Origin: a virus
Length of the DNA: 64,000 nt
Direction: 5' to 3' (one strand)
IMG/VR virus record: IMGVR_UViG_3300008110_010375
Below are positions 46,746 to 56,972 of this stretch, one piece after another (positions within the stretch are counted from its first letter, which is position 1; the number at the start of each line of letters is the position of its first letter). The notes beneath the pieces were generated by a model, which was not told the DNA's origin, ran no database searches, and worked only from the letters and a program-made list of their open reading frames with translations. The translations under genes and the position numbers were made by a program.

Positions 46746-47846
46746 ATGGCTAAGTCGCTCCTGAAAGTACGTAAGATCAAGAAGCCTAAGACCACCAAGT
46801 CCGAGACGTATCTCGTCAACTTGAAGTACTTAGGCGACGAGCCCGACTCAACCAAGCTGTCGACGCAGGCGGACTGGGCGAAAGCGTTCAACTGGTACCA
46901 CAGCATGTGTACCCGCGAGGACGCCCGTCAGTACCTCAAGGACTACTTCGCCAGCGACAAGTCGATGCTGAAGAAGATCACCAAGATCCCCGACGCTCAC
47001 ATGCCGTACACGGCCGCTTGGCAGTGTCGCATCTGGAAGCGCATCGGTAAACCTATCGACGGTGAGTCGCTCGAGCGCGTACACCGCTGGATCGATGAGG
47101 CTTCGTCGTTCGCCCGCGAGGAGAAGCCTAAGGAAGATAAGCCCGAGCGGCCGACGATCCAAGACCGTATGAAGGAGAAGATCTCCGAGCTCATCGGCGA
47201 CATCGAGGTGCTGTACGACGCGGACATGCCCGTCGACCTGTACTCGTATCTCCAGAAGAAGGAGATCCCCGCGATGTACACCGGCAGGATCGTTGAGTAC
47301 TACAAGCCGATCCTCGAGGAGATGCAGCTCGCCGCGGCCGGCGAGATCGAGGGCTATGAGTCGTACACCAAGAAGTGGCTCCGCGACCGAGTGGCCATGC
47401 TTGAGAAGATGATCGACGACGCCAAGCGCTACGGCGGCAACGTCAAGAAAGCCCGCGCACCCCGTAAGAAGAAAGCACCCACGGCTGAGAAGCTCCTGAA
47501 GCACTTCGTATATCAGAAAGAAAGCAATGAGTATAAACTACAATCGTGTGACCCCGCAAAGATTATCGGCGCTCAAGAACTTTGGACCTTTAACACTAAG
47601 TATAAAACTCTTAGCGTGTTTAGGGCTCGCGGCCCTGCTGGTCTCAGTGTACGGCGCACTACTATTGATGGTTTTGATAGCGATTCTTCCGTGACGAAGA
47701 CCCTGCGCAAGCCCGACGAGGTCTTGAAGAAGGTGCTGACCGGCGGTAAGCTGGTGCTCCGTAAGCTCATGGATGAGCTCAAGACCAAGCCCATGAAGCT
47801 GGCCGAGCGCATCAACGAGAACGTGATCCTCGTCAAGGTTTCATGA
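46746..47846 (+). CDS. conserved T4-like hypothetical protein
   Basis: IIGAQELWTFNTK, KTLRKP. Confidence 0.8.
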   Translation: MAKSLLKVRKIKKPKTTKSETYLVNLKYLGDEPDSTKLSTQADWAKAFNWYHSMCTREDARQYLKDYFASDKSMLKKITKIPDAHMPYTAAWQCRIWKRIGKPIDGESLERVHRWIDEASSFAREEKPKEDKPERPTIQDRMKEKISELIGDIEVLYDADMPVDLYSYLQKKEIPAMYTGRIVEYYKPILEEMQLAAAGEIEGYESYTKKWLRDRVAMLEKMIDDAKRYGGNVKKARAPRKKKAPTAEKLLKHFVYQKESNEYKLQSCDPAKIIGAQELWTFNTKYKTLSVFRARGPAGLSVRRTTIDGFDSDSSVTKTLRKPDEVLKKVLTGGKLVLRKLMDELKTKPMKLAERINENVILVKVS

Positions 47847-47861
47847 TCGCCTCGGGCAGCC

Positions 47862-47869
47862 TATAAATA
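47862..47869 (+). promoter_or_regulatory. late promoter TATAAATA
   Basis: exact intergenic motif. Confidence 0.65.
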
Positions 47870-47895
47870 ACTTATAGGTAGCCAGAGAAAGCGCT

Positions 47896-48240
47896 ATGAC
47901 AAACATCATTCAATTCCCAAAAAACAACTCAAACCCGTTCGGTCTTGAGCAGAACTCCCCCGATCTCTTGGTTGAGGTGCGGAAGGAGTTCTGCGACGAA
48001 GTCGTATCCGACGCGCTTGACGCGATCGTGGCGGTCTTCGCGAGCTACGGTATAGTATCCAAGGGCGACGTCTCATCCATCAAGGACATCGTCTTTCTCG
48101 AAGAGTCCCTCAAAGCTTTGACGTATCGTCATAAGAATCTAGAACACAGCCTTCATGAGATCATCGATCACACGATCACCATCTCCCCTGAGCTGGAGAA
48201 GCAGATCGAAGAAAAGTACACACAAAAAGATTTGACATAA
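47896..48240 (+). CDS. hypothetical protein
   Basis: NIIQFP start motif. Confidence 0.7.
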   Translation: MTNIIQFPKNNSNPFGLEQNSPDLLVEVRKEFCDEVVSDALDAIVAVFASYGIVSKGDVSSIKDIVFLEESLKALTYRHKNLEHSLHEIIDHTITISPELEKQIEEKYTQKDLT

Positions 48241-48260
48241 CCTACACGCCGTTATATAAT
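48232..48260 (+). promoter_or_regulatory. sigma70 consensus promoter
   Basis: TTGACA-17-TATAAT. Confidence 0.85.
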
Positions 48261-48292
48261 CTTATATAGTATAAATTTGATGGAAACATATC

Positions 48293-49138
48293 ATGATCAT
48301 CGTCGACTTTCACCAAGTCATGATCGCCAACCTGATGACTCAGCTTGGTAATCACACCAACACACCCATCGAGGAAAGCCTATTCAGGCACATGGTCCTC
48401 AACTCACTCCGCTCGTTTCGACAGAAGTTCAAGGAATACGGCGAGATCGTAATCGCATGCGACGACAAGAACTTCTGGCGCAAGCAGGTCTTTCCCTACT
48501 ACAAGGCGAATCGCAAGAAGGCCCGCGACAAGTCTGAGATCGATTGGAATACGATCTTTGAGTACTTCGGTAAGATCAAAGCTGAGATCCGCGAGCACTT
48601 CCCGTATCGCATGGTGCAGGTCGATACCGCTGAGGCCGACGACATCATCGCCACTCTCGTCTATCGCTTTCAAGTCGATGAGAAGATCCTCATCCTCTCA
48701 GGAGACAAAGACTTCATACAGCTTCACATGTTGGCGAACGTCAAGCAGTACGATCCGGTTCGCAAGAAGTTCATCACACACAACGACCCGTTCATGTTTC
48801 GCTTTGAGCACATCATGAAGGGCGACGCCGGCGACGGCGTTCCAAACGTCTTGTCCGACGACGACACCTTCGTCACCGACAAGCGCCAGCGCCCTATGAC
48901 ACAGAAGCGCATCGATGAAGCATATGACTCTTACGTGGGAACAATGGTCGACGCCTCGATCGATCGCAACTTCCAGCGAAACAGGCAGCTCATCGACTTG
49001 ACCTGCATTCCGTCAAATATCGCCGATGCTATCAACGCCGCATACGACGCCGAAGCGGGCAAAGACCGCAGCAAGATGTTCAACTACTTTATATCATACA
49101 AGCTCAAGGGTATGATGGATTCAATCGGAGACTTTTAA
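48293..49138 (+). CDS. rnh: T4 RNase H (5'-3' exonuclease)
   Basis: YKANR, EADD, SGDKDF.QL, GD.GDG.PN. Confidence 0.95.
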   Translation: MIIVDFHQVMIANLMTQLGNHTNTPIEESLFRHMVLNSLRSFRQKFKEYGEIVIACDDKNFWRKQVFPYYKANRKKARDKSEIDWNTIFEYFGKIKAEIREHFPYRMVQVDTAEADDIIATLVYRFQVDEKILILSGDKDFIQLHMLANVKQYDPVRKKFITHNDPFMFRFEHIMKGDAGDGVPNVLSDDDTFVTDKRQRPMTQKRIDEAYDSYVGTMVDASIDRNFQRNRQLIDLTCIPSNIADAINAAYDAEAGKDRSKMFNYFISYKLKGMMDSIGDF

Positions 49139-49139
49139 C

Positions 49140-49556
49140 ATGGCAAGGATGAGCGTATCTGAGATCCTCAAGAAGTGCAGTGAGTTCAAGAAGAAGGAGG
49201 AGCGCGTCGAGGCGCTGCGCGTCAACTGCAACGAAGCGTGCAAGATCGTGCTACAGTACATGTTTCACCCCGACGTGAAGTTCGCCCTTCCCGAGGGTAA
49301 GCCTCCCTTCAGGTACTCGCAGTTCGATGAGCAGAACATGCTTCACAGCGAGGCGCGCCGACTCTACCTCTTTCTCGAGGGAGTCAATCCAGAGATGAAG
49401 CCGCTGAAGCGCGAGACCCTGTTCCTCGAGATCCTTCAGTCGGTCGCTCCCGACGACGCCGACCTGTTGCTCGCGATGAAGGACAAAAAGAGTCCATACA
49501 AGGGACTCACTCAAGACGTGGTCGTCGCGGCGTTTCCGGAGCTCTTCCCCAAATGA
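49140..49556 (+). CDS. conserved T4-like hypothetical protein
   Basis: LPEG.PP, KRE.LF. Confidence 0.75.
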   Translation: MARMSVSEILKKCSEFKKKEERVEALRVNCNEACKIVLQYMFHPDVKFALPEGKPPFRYSQFDEQNMLHSEARRLYLFLEGVNPEMKPLKRETLFLEILQSVAPDDADLLLAMKDKKSPYKGLTQDVVVAAFPELFPK

Positions 49557-49741
49557 ATCGCTATGGTAACCTTAAAAAGTTATCTGATAAGGGCAAGAAG
49601 ATCGATGTTCGTCTCTACGAGGAGGCCCCGTCTTCTTTCAAAGAACTAAAGCGCGAAAGATACGATAAGCTTCGCAAGAACTACGACAACGCCCTTAGGT
49701 CGAAGAACCTAGATCGCCTGCTCTCATACGACGAGGAATAG
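49553..49741 (+). CDS. hypothetical protein
   Basis: ATGA overlap. Confidence 0.55.
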   Translation: MNRYGNLKKLSDKGKKIDVRLYEEAPSSFKELKRERYDKLRKNYDNALRSKNLDRLLSYDEE

Positions 49742-49927
49742 ATGGAAAACTTCTACTTTGCCGTGGGATATACCCTGCTGTTAGTATTCGTGGCGTCCTA
49801 CTACTACTTTCACGGTAAAAAGACCGGAATCGAGGAGGCCTGCATGGTGTTTCATGAGAAGGAGCCCGTAGCCTACAAGAGGATGAAGTCCACGCTTCAA
49901 CAGGAGATGGGAATTGCAGACGAGTAA
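49742..49927 (+). CDS. small membrane protein
   Basis: N-terminal TM segment. Confidence 0.6.
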   Translation: MENFYFAVGYTLLLVFVASYYYFHGKKTGIEEACMVFHEKEPVAYKRMKSTLQQEMGIADE

Positions 49928-50091
49928 CACCGACGTACGGTTCATAGACGAAGTCTATAAGCCGGAAAAAGAAAATAAAATTATTTTGCCTGAGTATGTG
50001 GTCAAAGATATGGTCGCTCAGGGATTGAATCCGTTAAATAAGGATGACATCCAGTCTTACTGGTTGTCCAAAGGCATAAGCGAATAACTGT

Positions 50092-50331
50092 ATGGCAAAC
50101 TATACTTTCTTAGACACCAAGACAGACAAAGAGTTCGACATTGACATGCCTATATCTGAGCTTGACGACTACAAAGCTCGCAATCCCCACCTAGAACAGA
50201 TCATCTCCCGTGCACCCGCGCTCGCGGACCCATCCCGATTAGGCATAAGAAAGCCTGATGCGGGTTTTCGTGATGTTCTAAAGAGGATCAAGAAGGCTAG
50301 TGGGAGGAGTAACAAGATCAACACTTGGTAG
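50092..50331 (+). CDS. FmdB-like small protein
   Basis: typical position before phoH; PD.GF.DVL.RIK. Confidence 0.65.
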   Translation: MANYTFLDTKTDKEFDIDMPISELDDYKARNPHLEQIISRAPALADPSRLGIRKPDAGFRDVLKRIKKASGRSNKINTW

Positions 50332-50342
50332 AAGGGTACCGC

Positions 50343-51131
50343 ATGGATAAGCTATCTCGCGCTGAAAAAAGACTACAAAAAGCACAGAGGCGACAGGAGC
50401 AGCAGGAAAGAAAGAACCACCTAGAGTTAAAAAGCGTAACACCTAAGACGGTAAACCAAGAAAACATATTCAGAGAGTTCTGCAACGGCAAGAACTTACT
50501 CATCCATGGACTTCCCGGAACGGGCAAATCGTTCCTATCAGTGTATCTCGCGCTCAATGAATTGACGCGCTACAGAGACTTCAAGAAGATTGTAATAGTC
50601 AGGTCGGTCGTGCCGTCGCGCGACATGGGATTCCTTCCCGGATCTGTGAAAGAAAAAGCGGCGGTCTACGAAGCACCCTACCAATCTATAGTTCAGGAGC
50701 TCTACGGTCGAGGCGACGCGTATGAGATGCTCAAGGCGAAGGGTGTCATCGAGTTCACCACATCGTCGTTCCTTCGCGGAGTCACCATCGACAACGCGAT
50801 CGTCATCGTCGACGAGTGTCAGAACATGACGTATCACGAGCTTTGCACCATCGTCACCCGCATGGGCAAGCACTCGAAGATCGTGTTCTGCGGAGACTAC
50901 AAGCAGTCCGACCTCAAGTACGACGACGAGAGGGTAGGCATAGTGCACTTCATGAAGATCATCGCGTCGATGAAGCGATACTTCACAACAATCGAAATGG
51001 AAGCCGATGACATCGTCAGGTCCGGGCTCGTTAAAGAGTTCATCATTCGAAGAGATGCGTACGAGAACCCAAGGGTCGTTGTCGTTCCATCCGCTTACTC
51101 GGATTCTCGAGAACCGAAAGTCGTTCACTAA
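50343..51131 (+). CDS. phoH: PhoH-like ATPase
   Basis: GLPGTGKS, GFLPG, RG.T, DECQN, GD..QSD. Confidence 0.95.
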   Translation: MDKLSRAEKRLQKAQRRQEQQERKNHLELKSVTPKTVNQENIFREFCNGKNLLIHGLPGTGKSFLSVYLALNELTRYRDFKKIVIVRSVVPSRDMGFLPGSVKEKAAVYEAPYQSIVQELYGRGDAYEMLKAKGVIEFTTSSFLRGVTIDNAIVIVDECQNMTYHELCTIVTRMGKHSKIVFCGDYKQSDLKYDDERVGIVHFMKIIASMKRYFTTIEMEADDIVRSGLVKEFIIRRDAYENPRVVVVPSAYSDSREPKVVH

Positions 51132-51789
51132 GACTTCTCTCGAGCTCCTCGCGGTCGAGCTCGAGCAGGTCAACACCGAGGCCGGCAGGTTCTATAAGAC
51201 TCCCGCCGGCCTCCTCTACCCATCCGTCACGACCGTGACCGGACTCCTCGGCCGCGCGAGCATACAGGCTTGGCGCAAGAAGGTCGGTGAGGAGAAGGCG
51301 AACGAGATCTCGCAGCAGGCGGCCAATCGCGGTACGCGCATCCATCAGTTGGCTGAAGACTACATCAACGGCGACGAGATCGACGTCAGCAAGTATACAC
51401 ACTACGACGCCGAGATGTTTGAAGACCTCAAGCAGGTGCTCGATGAATCAGTCGACAACGTCTTCATGCAGGAGACGCGGATGTACTCAGACTACGTCCG
51501 CATGGCGGGCACCGTCGACATGGTCGCGGAGTTCGAGGGCAAGCGATGCGTGGTCGACTTCAAGACTTCAAGGAAGCTGAAGCGTTCGGAGGACATCCTC
51601 AACTACTACTGCCAAGCGACCGCGTACGCGATCATGTTCGAGGAGATGACGGGCGTTCCGGTCTCTAGGTTCGCCATCATCATAGCCGTCGACGGCGAGG
51701 GAATCCAGATCTTTCGCGGAAAGAGGGACGACTACGTAGACACCCTGATGATGCTCAGGAAGCAGTACGACGACGAAAATGGCTATTGA
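51007..51789 (+). CDS. PD-(D/E)xK exonuclease (start uncertain)
   Basis: YPSVTT, RGT.IH, AGTVD, DFKTS, Q.TAY. Confidence 0.85.
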   Translation: MTSSGPGSLKSSSFEEMRTRTQGSLSFHPLTRILENRKSFTKTSLELLAVELEQVNTEAGRFYKTPAGLLYPSVTTVTGLLGRASIQAWRKKVGEEKANEISQQAANRGTRIHQLAEDYINGDEIDVSKYTHYDAEMFEDLKQVLDESVDNVFMQETRMYSDYVRMAGTVDMVAEFEGKRCVVDFKTSRKLKRSEDILNYYCQATAYAIMFEEMTGVPVSRFAIIIAVDGEGIQIFRGKRDDYVDTLMMLRKQYDDENGY

Positions 51790-51816
51790 CAAATTATTCT
51801 ACATGTGGTATAAATA
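51786..51816 (+). promoter_or_regulatory. overlapping sigma70 and late promoter for the tmRNA
   Basis: TTGACA-17-TATAAA coincides with TATAAATA at 51809-51816. Confidence 0.7.
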
Positions 51817-51821
51817 ATAAT

Positions 51822-52152
51822 GCTGATGTCGTTGACGGAAGTAGAATAAACATTCTGGACGCGGGGGCAGTACCCGCCGCCTCCACCACGGATACACTGG
51901 TCGTTGGGTGCAACAGTCCTCCTATTATAAAGAGGGTATGGCGGAAGAGACTAGCATATAACTGTTGCACTGATCAAAGCGGTGTCTCACAGTGTATCTT
52001 TGATGGGGGCGAATATTTAGGATCGACAGGTGTAGTAAAGACTGGCCCGAGACAAAAGCAACAACGTTAAATGCAAACGATAACAATGCATCTCGTTACG
52101 CCCTAGCGGCCTAACATGAGCCCGAGGGGAGCTTGGAAACAGAATCCCCTCA
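51822..52152 (+). ncRNA. ssrA: circularly permuted (two-piece) tmRNA; tag ANDNNASRYALAA; outer ends approximate
   Basis: acceptor piece ends GCGGG-GGCAGTA-CCCGC-CGCCTCC-A-CCA (51888); coding piece starts GGGGGCG (52005) with G3:U70; tag at 52073-52114. Confidence 0.93.
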
Positions 52153-52170
52153 CTTTCTTTTTGGAATCAC

Positions 52171-53493
52171 ATGAAAACATTCTGCCCACTACCTTGGAAC
52201 GGTGTATCCGTACGGAACAACGGCGACCTTCGAGTCTGCTGCAACGCGAATTCATACACAAAGAACCAAGGCATCCTTCGAAAGAAGGACGGTAAGCCCT
52301 ACAACGTAGGACGCGACGACATAGGTGAGTCGCGCAACTCAGACGTTCTCAAGGACATCCGCGTCTCGATGCTGCACGGAGAGTGGCACGAGGAGTGCAC
52401 TAGGTGTAGGCTCGAGGAAGAAGCCGGCATCAAGTCGCGACGCGAGTATGAGAACGAGATCTGGCCGGACGTCAAGCACGAGGTTCTCAATAAGACCGAC
52501 GACGACGGGACGATCGACACCGACGACATCAACCTCGACTACTTCGACCTTCGCTACGGAAACTTCTGCAACCTCAAGTGCAGGATGTGCGGACCAACCG
52601 ACTCACATATGTGGTACGGCGACCACGTAGCGACGACTGGATACACGGGATTCACAGACTCACACGGCCGCGTTCAACTCACCAAGAACGCGAAGGGCAA
52701 GTGGTCGACGAACGACTACGACTGGTTTCAGGGATCCAACTTCTACTGGGATCAGTTTGAGAAGCACACGAAGAACGCCACGAAGTTCTACATCGTGGGC
52801 GGTGAGCCGCTCATCATCGAGGAGCACATTCAGTCTCTCGAGCGGCTCATCGCCTCAGGTAGGGCACACGAGGTTGAGATAGAGTACAACACCAACCTGA
52901 CGAACGTCACCGACAGGATCATCGAGCTCTGGAAGAACTTCAAAGAAATCAGAATCGGTGCGTCGATCGACGGCTTCGGTGAAGTGTTTGAGTATCAAAG
53001 GTTTCCGGCGAACTGGGACCAAGTGTATAAGAACATGCAGAAGCTCGACTCGACACCGGGACTCAACGTCGTGTCGTGGTTCGCCTTCACCGTGACACCG
53101 TTCAACATCCTTCACCTCCCTGAGTTCATGAAGTGGAAGCTGACCGACTCCGGACTGAAGAGCTTCAACTCAATAAAGCAGGCGCGAAAGATCGTCAGCC
53201 ACCACATGTGCCACAGGCCTAAGCACTACAACGTCAAGTGTCTGCCCGACGACTTCAAGCGCGTAGTCGATAAGAAGTTCGCCGAGTACAAAGACTGGGC
53301 TATTCGCAACCAACCCGAGTTTATATCCGCACAGTTCATCAAGCTCCTCGACGGAGTTTCGAGCTTCATGAACGCCGAGAGCTACCACGACGAGCACTTC
53401 GACAAGTTCGTCGACCTGACGAAGAAGCTCGACGAGCTGCGCGGTCAAAACATTCTAGACGTCGTCCCAGAGTTCAAGGAGTATTTCAAGTGA
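52171..53493 (+). CDS. twitch-domain radical SAM protein
   Basis: FCPLPW..VCC..CTRC, CNLKCRMC, GGEP. Confidence 0.9.
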   Translation: MKTFCPLPWNGVSVRNNGDLRVCCNANSYTKNQGILRKKDGKPYNVGRDDIGESRNSDVLKDIRVSMLHGEWHEECTRCRLEEEAGIKSRREYENEIWPDVKHEVLNKTDDDGTIDTDDINLDYFDLRYGNFCNLKCRMCGPTDSHMWYGDHVATTGYTGFTDSHGRVQLTKNAKGKWSTNDYDWFQGSNFYWDQFEKHTKNATKFYIVGGEPLIIEEHIQSLERLIASGRAHEVEIEYNTNLTNVTDRIIELWKNFKEIRIGASIDGFGEVFEYQRFPANWDQVYKNMQKLDSTPGLNVVSWFAFTVTPFNILHLPEFMKWKLTDSGLKSFNSIKQARKIVSHHMCHRPKHYNVKCLPDDFKRVVDKKFAEYKDWAIRNQPEFISAQFIKLLDGVSSFMNAESYHDEHFDKFVDLTKKLDELRGQNILDVVPEFKEYFK

Positions 53494-53726
53494 AGATCAA
53501 CAACCTAAAGGTTCCAATCGAGATGATTCAGGAGATCGAGGTCATCGTGAAGAAGCGCAACCTTGAGTACATCGACGCTGTGATCTACTACTGTGAGAAG
53601 AACAACCTCGAGATCGAGACGATGGCTGAGATCATCAAGCAGAACTCCGCGATCAAGTCGAAGATCCAGATCGAGGCTGAGAACTTAAAGATGGTGAAGA
53701 GGACTTCGGCGCGGCTACCTATATGA
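53490..53726 (+). CDS. 33: late transcription coactivator gp33
   Basis: YIDAV..YCE.N..EIE; synteny. Confidence 0.85.
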   Translation: MKINNLKVPIEMIQEIEVIVKKRNLEYIDAVIYYCEKNNLEIETMAEIIKQNSAIKSKIQIEAENLKMVKRTSARLPI

Positions 53727-54328
53727 CACAGTTTGAAGCCTACCAGCTGTACAACGCCCTGCACCTGCACTTCACGCAGGACGGCTACGACTACCATAAG
53801 TATCGCGGAAAGACGCGGGTCACGGAGCACTCGCTCGACGTTCGACCCGATAAGTACATGTTCTACAAGCTGTCGAAGCACGAGGATCCCCTGATCTACC
53901 TCGTGTCAAACTTCTCAGAGAACGCCAAGTTCTACTCACGCGATATGTTCAGCGTCAACGCCGACCTCAACTACAACGAGTTCCTTCGGCGACAACAATC
54001 CTTGACATATCAGTTCGAGTGTGATATAGATAATCTATTGGAAGACTTCGACAAGAACTTTGAGGTTCCAGACGGAGACTATCCCCACCTTCTCAAGCTG
54101 CTCACCCGTAAGAAGATCAGCAAAGAGAGTTTCATAATCATCCAAGACTGCGTACGCTTCTTCGGTGCATGGAACAAACGGATCACCGACCCGGTGCTCT
54201 GGCCTAAGATCGCGATGAACTGCAGGAAGCTACACCCTTTCCTTAAGTACGATCGAGATAAATACCGTGGGATCTTGCAAAACAAGTTCTCACACACAAC
54301 GTATACACCGCAACACAACGGAGAATAA
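53723..54328 (+). CDS. 59: helicase loader gp59
   Basis: Y.AL.LHF...YDY.KY.GK; synteny. Confidence 0.9.
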   Translation: MTQFEAYQLYNALHLHFTQDGYDYHKYRGKTRVTEHSLDVRPDKYMFYKLSKHEDPLIYLVSNFSENAKFYSRDMFSVNADLNYNEFLRRQQSLTYQFECDIDNLLEDFDKNFEVPDGDYPHLLKLLTRKKISKESFIIIQDCVRFFGAWNKRITDPVLWPKIAMNCRKLHPFLKYDRDKYRGILQNKFSHTTYTPQHNGE

Positions 54329-54330
54329 AC

Positions 54331-55242
54331 ATGGCAACATCATTCGACTCACTCAAACAGAATCGTAAGTCAGCGTTCGATAAACTTACGAGCGAGCTCA
54401 ACAAGCTCAGCACCAACCAGCAAGACTCATCCGACGACAACTATTGGAAGCCCGAGGTCGACAAGGCCGGCAACGGCTACGCGGTCATCCGTTTCCTCCC
54501 GCCTCCGCAGGGCGAGGACGTTCCGTTCGTTCGCATCTGGGATCACGGCTTTCAGGGCGACGGCGGCTGGTACATCGAGAAGTCGCTGACGACCATCGGT
54601 AAGAACGATCCGGTCGGCGAGCTCAACAGCAAGCTCTGGAACTCCGGCGTCGAGGCCGACAAGGAGATCGCGCGCAAGCAGAAGCGTCGCCTCGCTTATC
54701 ACTCGAACATCTACGTCGTCAAGGATTCTGCGAATCCAGCGAACGAGGGCAAGGTGTTCCTGTATAAGTACGGCAAGAAGATCTTCGATAAGATCAACGA
54801 AGCCATGCACCCTCAGTTCGAGGGCGAAGTGGCGATCAATCCGTTCGATCTTTGGGAAGGCGCGAACTTCAAGCTGAAGATTCGCAACGTCGAGGGCTAC
54901 CGCAACTACGACAAGTCTGAGTTCGACGATCCGGCCCCGCTCCTCAGCGACGACGATAAGCTCGAAGCTATTTGGAAGTCGGAACACTCGCTCAGCGAAC
55001 TCATCGATCCTAAGAACTTCAAGTCCTACGACGAACTGAAGGCGCGCTTGTCGCGCGCACTCGGCGTCGGTGTCGAAGCCGCACGTGCATCTGCACCTAA
55101 GATCGACGAGGACGAGGCGTTCCCGGTGCCGCAGAAAGCTGCAGCGGCACCTAAGGTTGAGTCGGCCGCACCTTCGTGGAATAGCTCCACGGATGACGAC
55201 GACGATGACCTCAGCTTCTTTAAGAAGATGGCGAACGACTAA
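54331..55242 (+). CDS. 32: ssDNA-binding protein gp32
   Basis: GNGYAVIRFLP, NYDKSEF, acidic tail. Confidence 0.97.
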   Translation: MATSFDSLKQNRKSAFDKLTSELNKLSTNQQDSSDDNYWKPEVDKAGNGYAVIRFLPPPQGEDVPFVRIWDHGFQGDGGWYIEKSLTTIGKNDPVGELNSKLWNSGVEADKEIARKQKRRLAYHSNIYVVKDSANPANEGKVFLYKYGKKIFDKINEAMHPQFEGEVAINPFDLWEGANFKLKIRNVEGYRNYDKSEFDDPAPLLSDDDKLEAIWKSEHSLSELIDPKNFKSYDELKARLSRALGVGVEAARASAPKIDEDEAFPVPQKAAAAPKVESAAPSWNSSTDDDDDDLSFFKKMAND

Positions 55243-56972
55243 TAGTAGTACATATTGTCGCCGTACAGTGGTTTATCCCACGGATTGCTCGGCGCGGTAG
55301 ATGAGTTAGGGAAGCCGGGAGCGGAACCACCGCCTCCGGCTTTACTGTTATCTGCGTTGTTGATGACTCGGTTGTCGTTGATGATCGTGGATCCGGATTG
55401 ATTGCTTTGGATCGAAGGAGCGGTACGCGTCGAGGGAGTCACCCTAGACATGATGTCTTCTTCAAGCTGTCTCGCTTGAGACATTCCTGGTGACCGTGCT
55501 GGTGAAACTCCTGTATAATCTCCAATTTCTTCCAACTGCATCGTATCAGGATTATACCTAGTTCTTTTCTTACCATCTGCAAACTTTACACCGGCATTAT
55601 CTTCAACTGTCTGCATCTGTTCATTGGCTGTTCTGCCTTCACGAACTTCTTGATTTGATTTAACTTGAAACGCGTTAGAAAGATCTTTCCACACTTCTGC
55701 TAAGTACTCGTTTACAGCTTCTTGTATTTCATCGGATGAAACGTCTTTAAGCTCTTCGATACCTAAAGCGTCACGCCTGATGTCGTTGACGAGTTGACCG
55801 GTGCCAAGTGCGCTTGACATAGCAGCTAGAGGTCCAGCTGCAGTGGCTCCTGCCGGAGTCGCTTCGGCTATCGATATCGCCGCCTGTGCCGCGTCGATAA
55901 ACGCACCCATGTAATCGCCTCTTGTCAATCTTCCAATGCTGCTAGCGCCAGCGACGAAAGCACCGAGTAGAGGAACCTGTTTTGACACGAGTCCAACGGC
56001 GCCGCCTACAGACTTTTCAACAGTTTTAGAAACTAATCCCTTTAGCTTCTCTTTCCTTGAAGCTTTGGGCGCGACCAACGGCGCGGAGGTTGCACCGGTC
56101 TTAGCTCCGGCTCTTGCACCGGCCGCGTTGCTAGCTAGAGTCTTTCTCGCTTGATTCTTGGTGGCTTCATCGTAAGCTGACATCCTTCGGCGATTATCTT
56201 CCTCGCTCGCTTCAGGTCCTTCACCTGCGAAAGCTGATTTAGCTTCAGCGGCTCTCGCCTGTATTGCTTTCCGTTGAGCGTTCCTACGCTTCTGCTCAGC
56301 TATGTCTTCCTCGGTGCCGAGGAATGAGATCTTCTTTCCACCCTTGGTGTACTCAGGCGTGTTGACCCCTAGAGCGTTTAAGATCTTTATAAGCGTCGAT
56401 GAGACTTCCTTGTTGCTGGCGAAGAACTCACCGGCCGTGGCAGCGAAGTTTAAGAACGGATCTAAGTAGGGCTTGATCGTGTTCGTATAGAATTCTTTGA
56501 GCGCAGGGATGATCTTATCGATCGTGCCTGCCAGCAAAGCTGCGAGGCCGCCTAGCGCTCCAAGCTCAGTTAAGTCGAGACCACGACCCCTGCCTTCAGC
56601 CTTTGTGCCGTCTTTAGCTTTGACTGGAATCTCGATAGCCCGTCTACCGCGCTCCTTCTCCTGCTCTTGAGAGATGAGCATGCGCTCGATTAGCTCGTTG
56701 TTGCTCTCAAAAACTTTTGAGATCGACTGGATGAATCCGGAGAGAAGGCTGTTCGTCTTCTTGACTTCGTTGAGGACCTTGTTCTGGGTCTTATCGAGCT
56801 CACCTACGGTCTCACCCTCGGCGACGGCAGCGGGCCTGTTGATGAACTGAGGCGCGACTGCCTCAGCGAGCATCGCCTTCGTCTCCTGCAGACGGGCCGA
56901 CCTTTCCTCCTCAGGGATCTTCTCCATCCCCTTGATGATCTCGCTGAGATCCTTGATCTTAACCTGAGCCAT
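55239..56972 (-). CDS. tape-measure/baseplate hub-like protein
   Basis: Ala/Gly-rich helical protein downstream of gp26/gp51. Confidence 0.6.
   Translation of the reverse strand: MAQVKIKDLSEIIKGMEKIPEEERSARLQETKAMLAEAVAPQFINRPAAVAEGETVGELDKTQNKVLNEVKKTNSLLSGFIQSISKVFESNNELIERMLISQEQEKERGRRAIEIPVKAKDGTKAEGRGRGLDLTELGALGGLAALLAGTIDKIIPALKEFYTNTIKPYLDPFLNFAATAGEFFASNKEVSSTLIKILNALGVNTPEYTKGGKKISFLGTEEDIAEQKRRNAQRKAIQARAAEAKSAFAGEGPEASEEDNRRRMSAYDEATKNQARKTLASNAAGARAGAKTGATSAPLVAPKASRKEKLKGLVSKTVEKSVGGAVGLVSKQVPLLGAFVAGASSIGRLTRGDYMGAFIDAAQAAISIAEATPAGATAAGPLAAMSSALGTGQLVNDIRRDALGIEELKDVSSDEIQEAVNEYLAEVWKDLSNAFQVKSNQEVREGRTANEQMQTVEDNAGVKFADGKKRTRYNPDTMQLEEIGDYTGVSPARSPGMSQARQLEEDIMSRVTPSTRTAPSIQSNQSGSTIINDNRVINNADNSKAGGGGSAPGFPNSSTAPSNPWDKPLYGDNMYYY

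Noticed and set aside
51786-52070. 94-aa ORF in the track
   Set aside because: It begins on the -35 hexamer and overlaps the tmRNA; it is a shadow ORF
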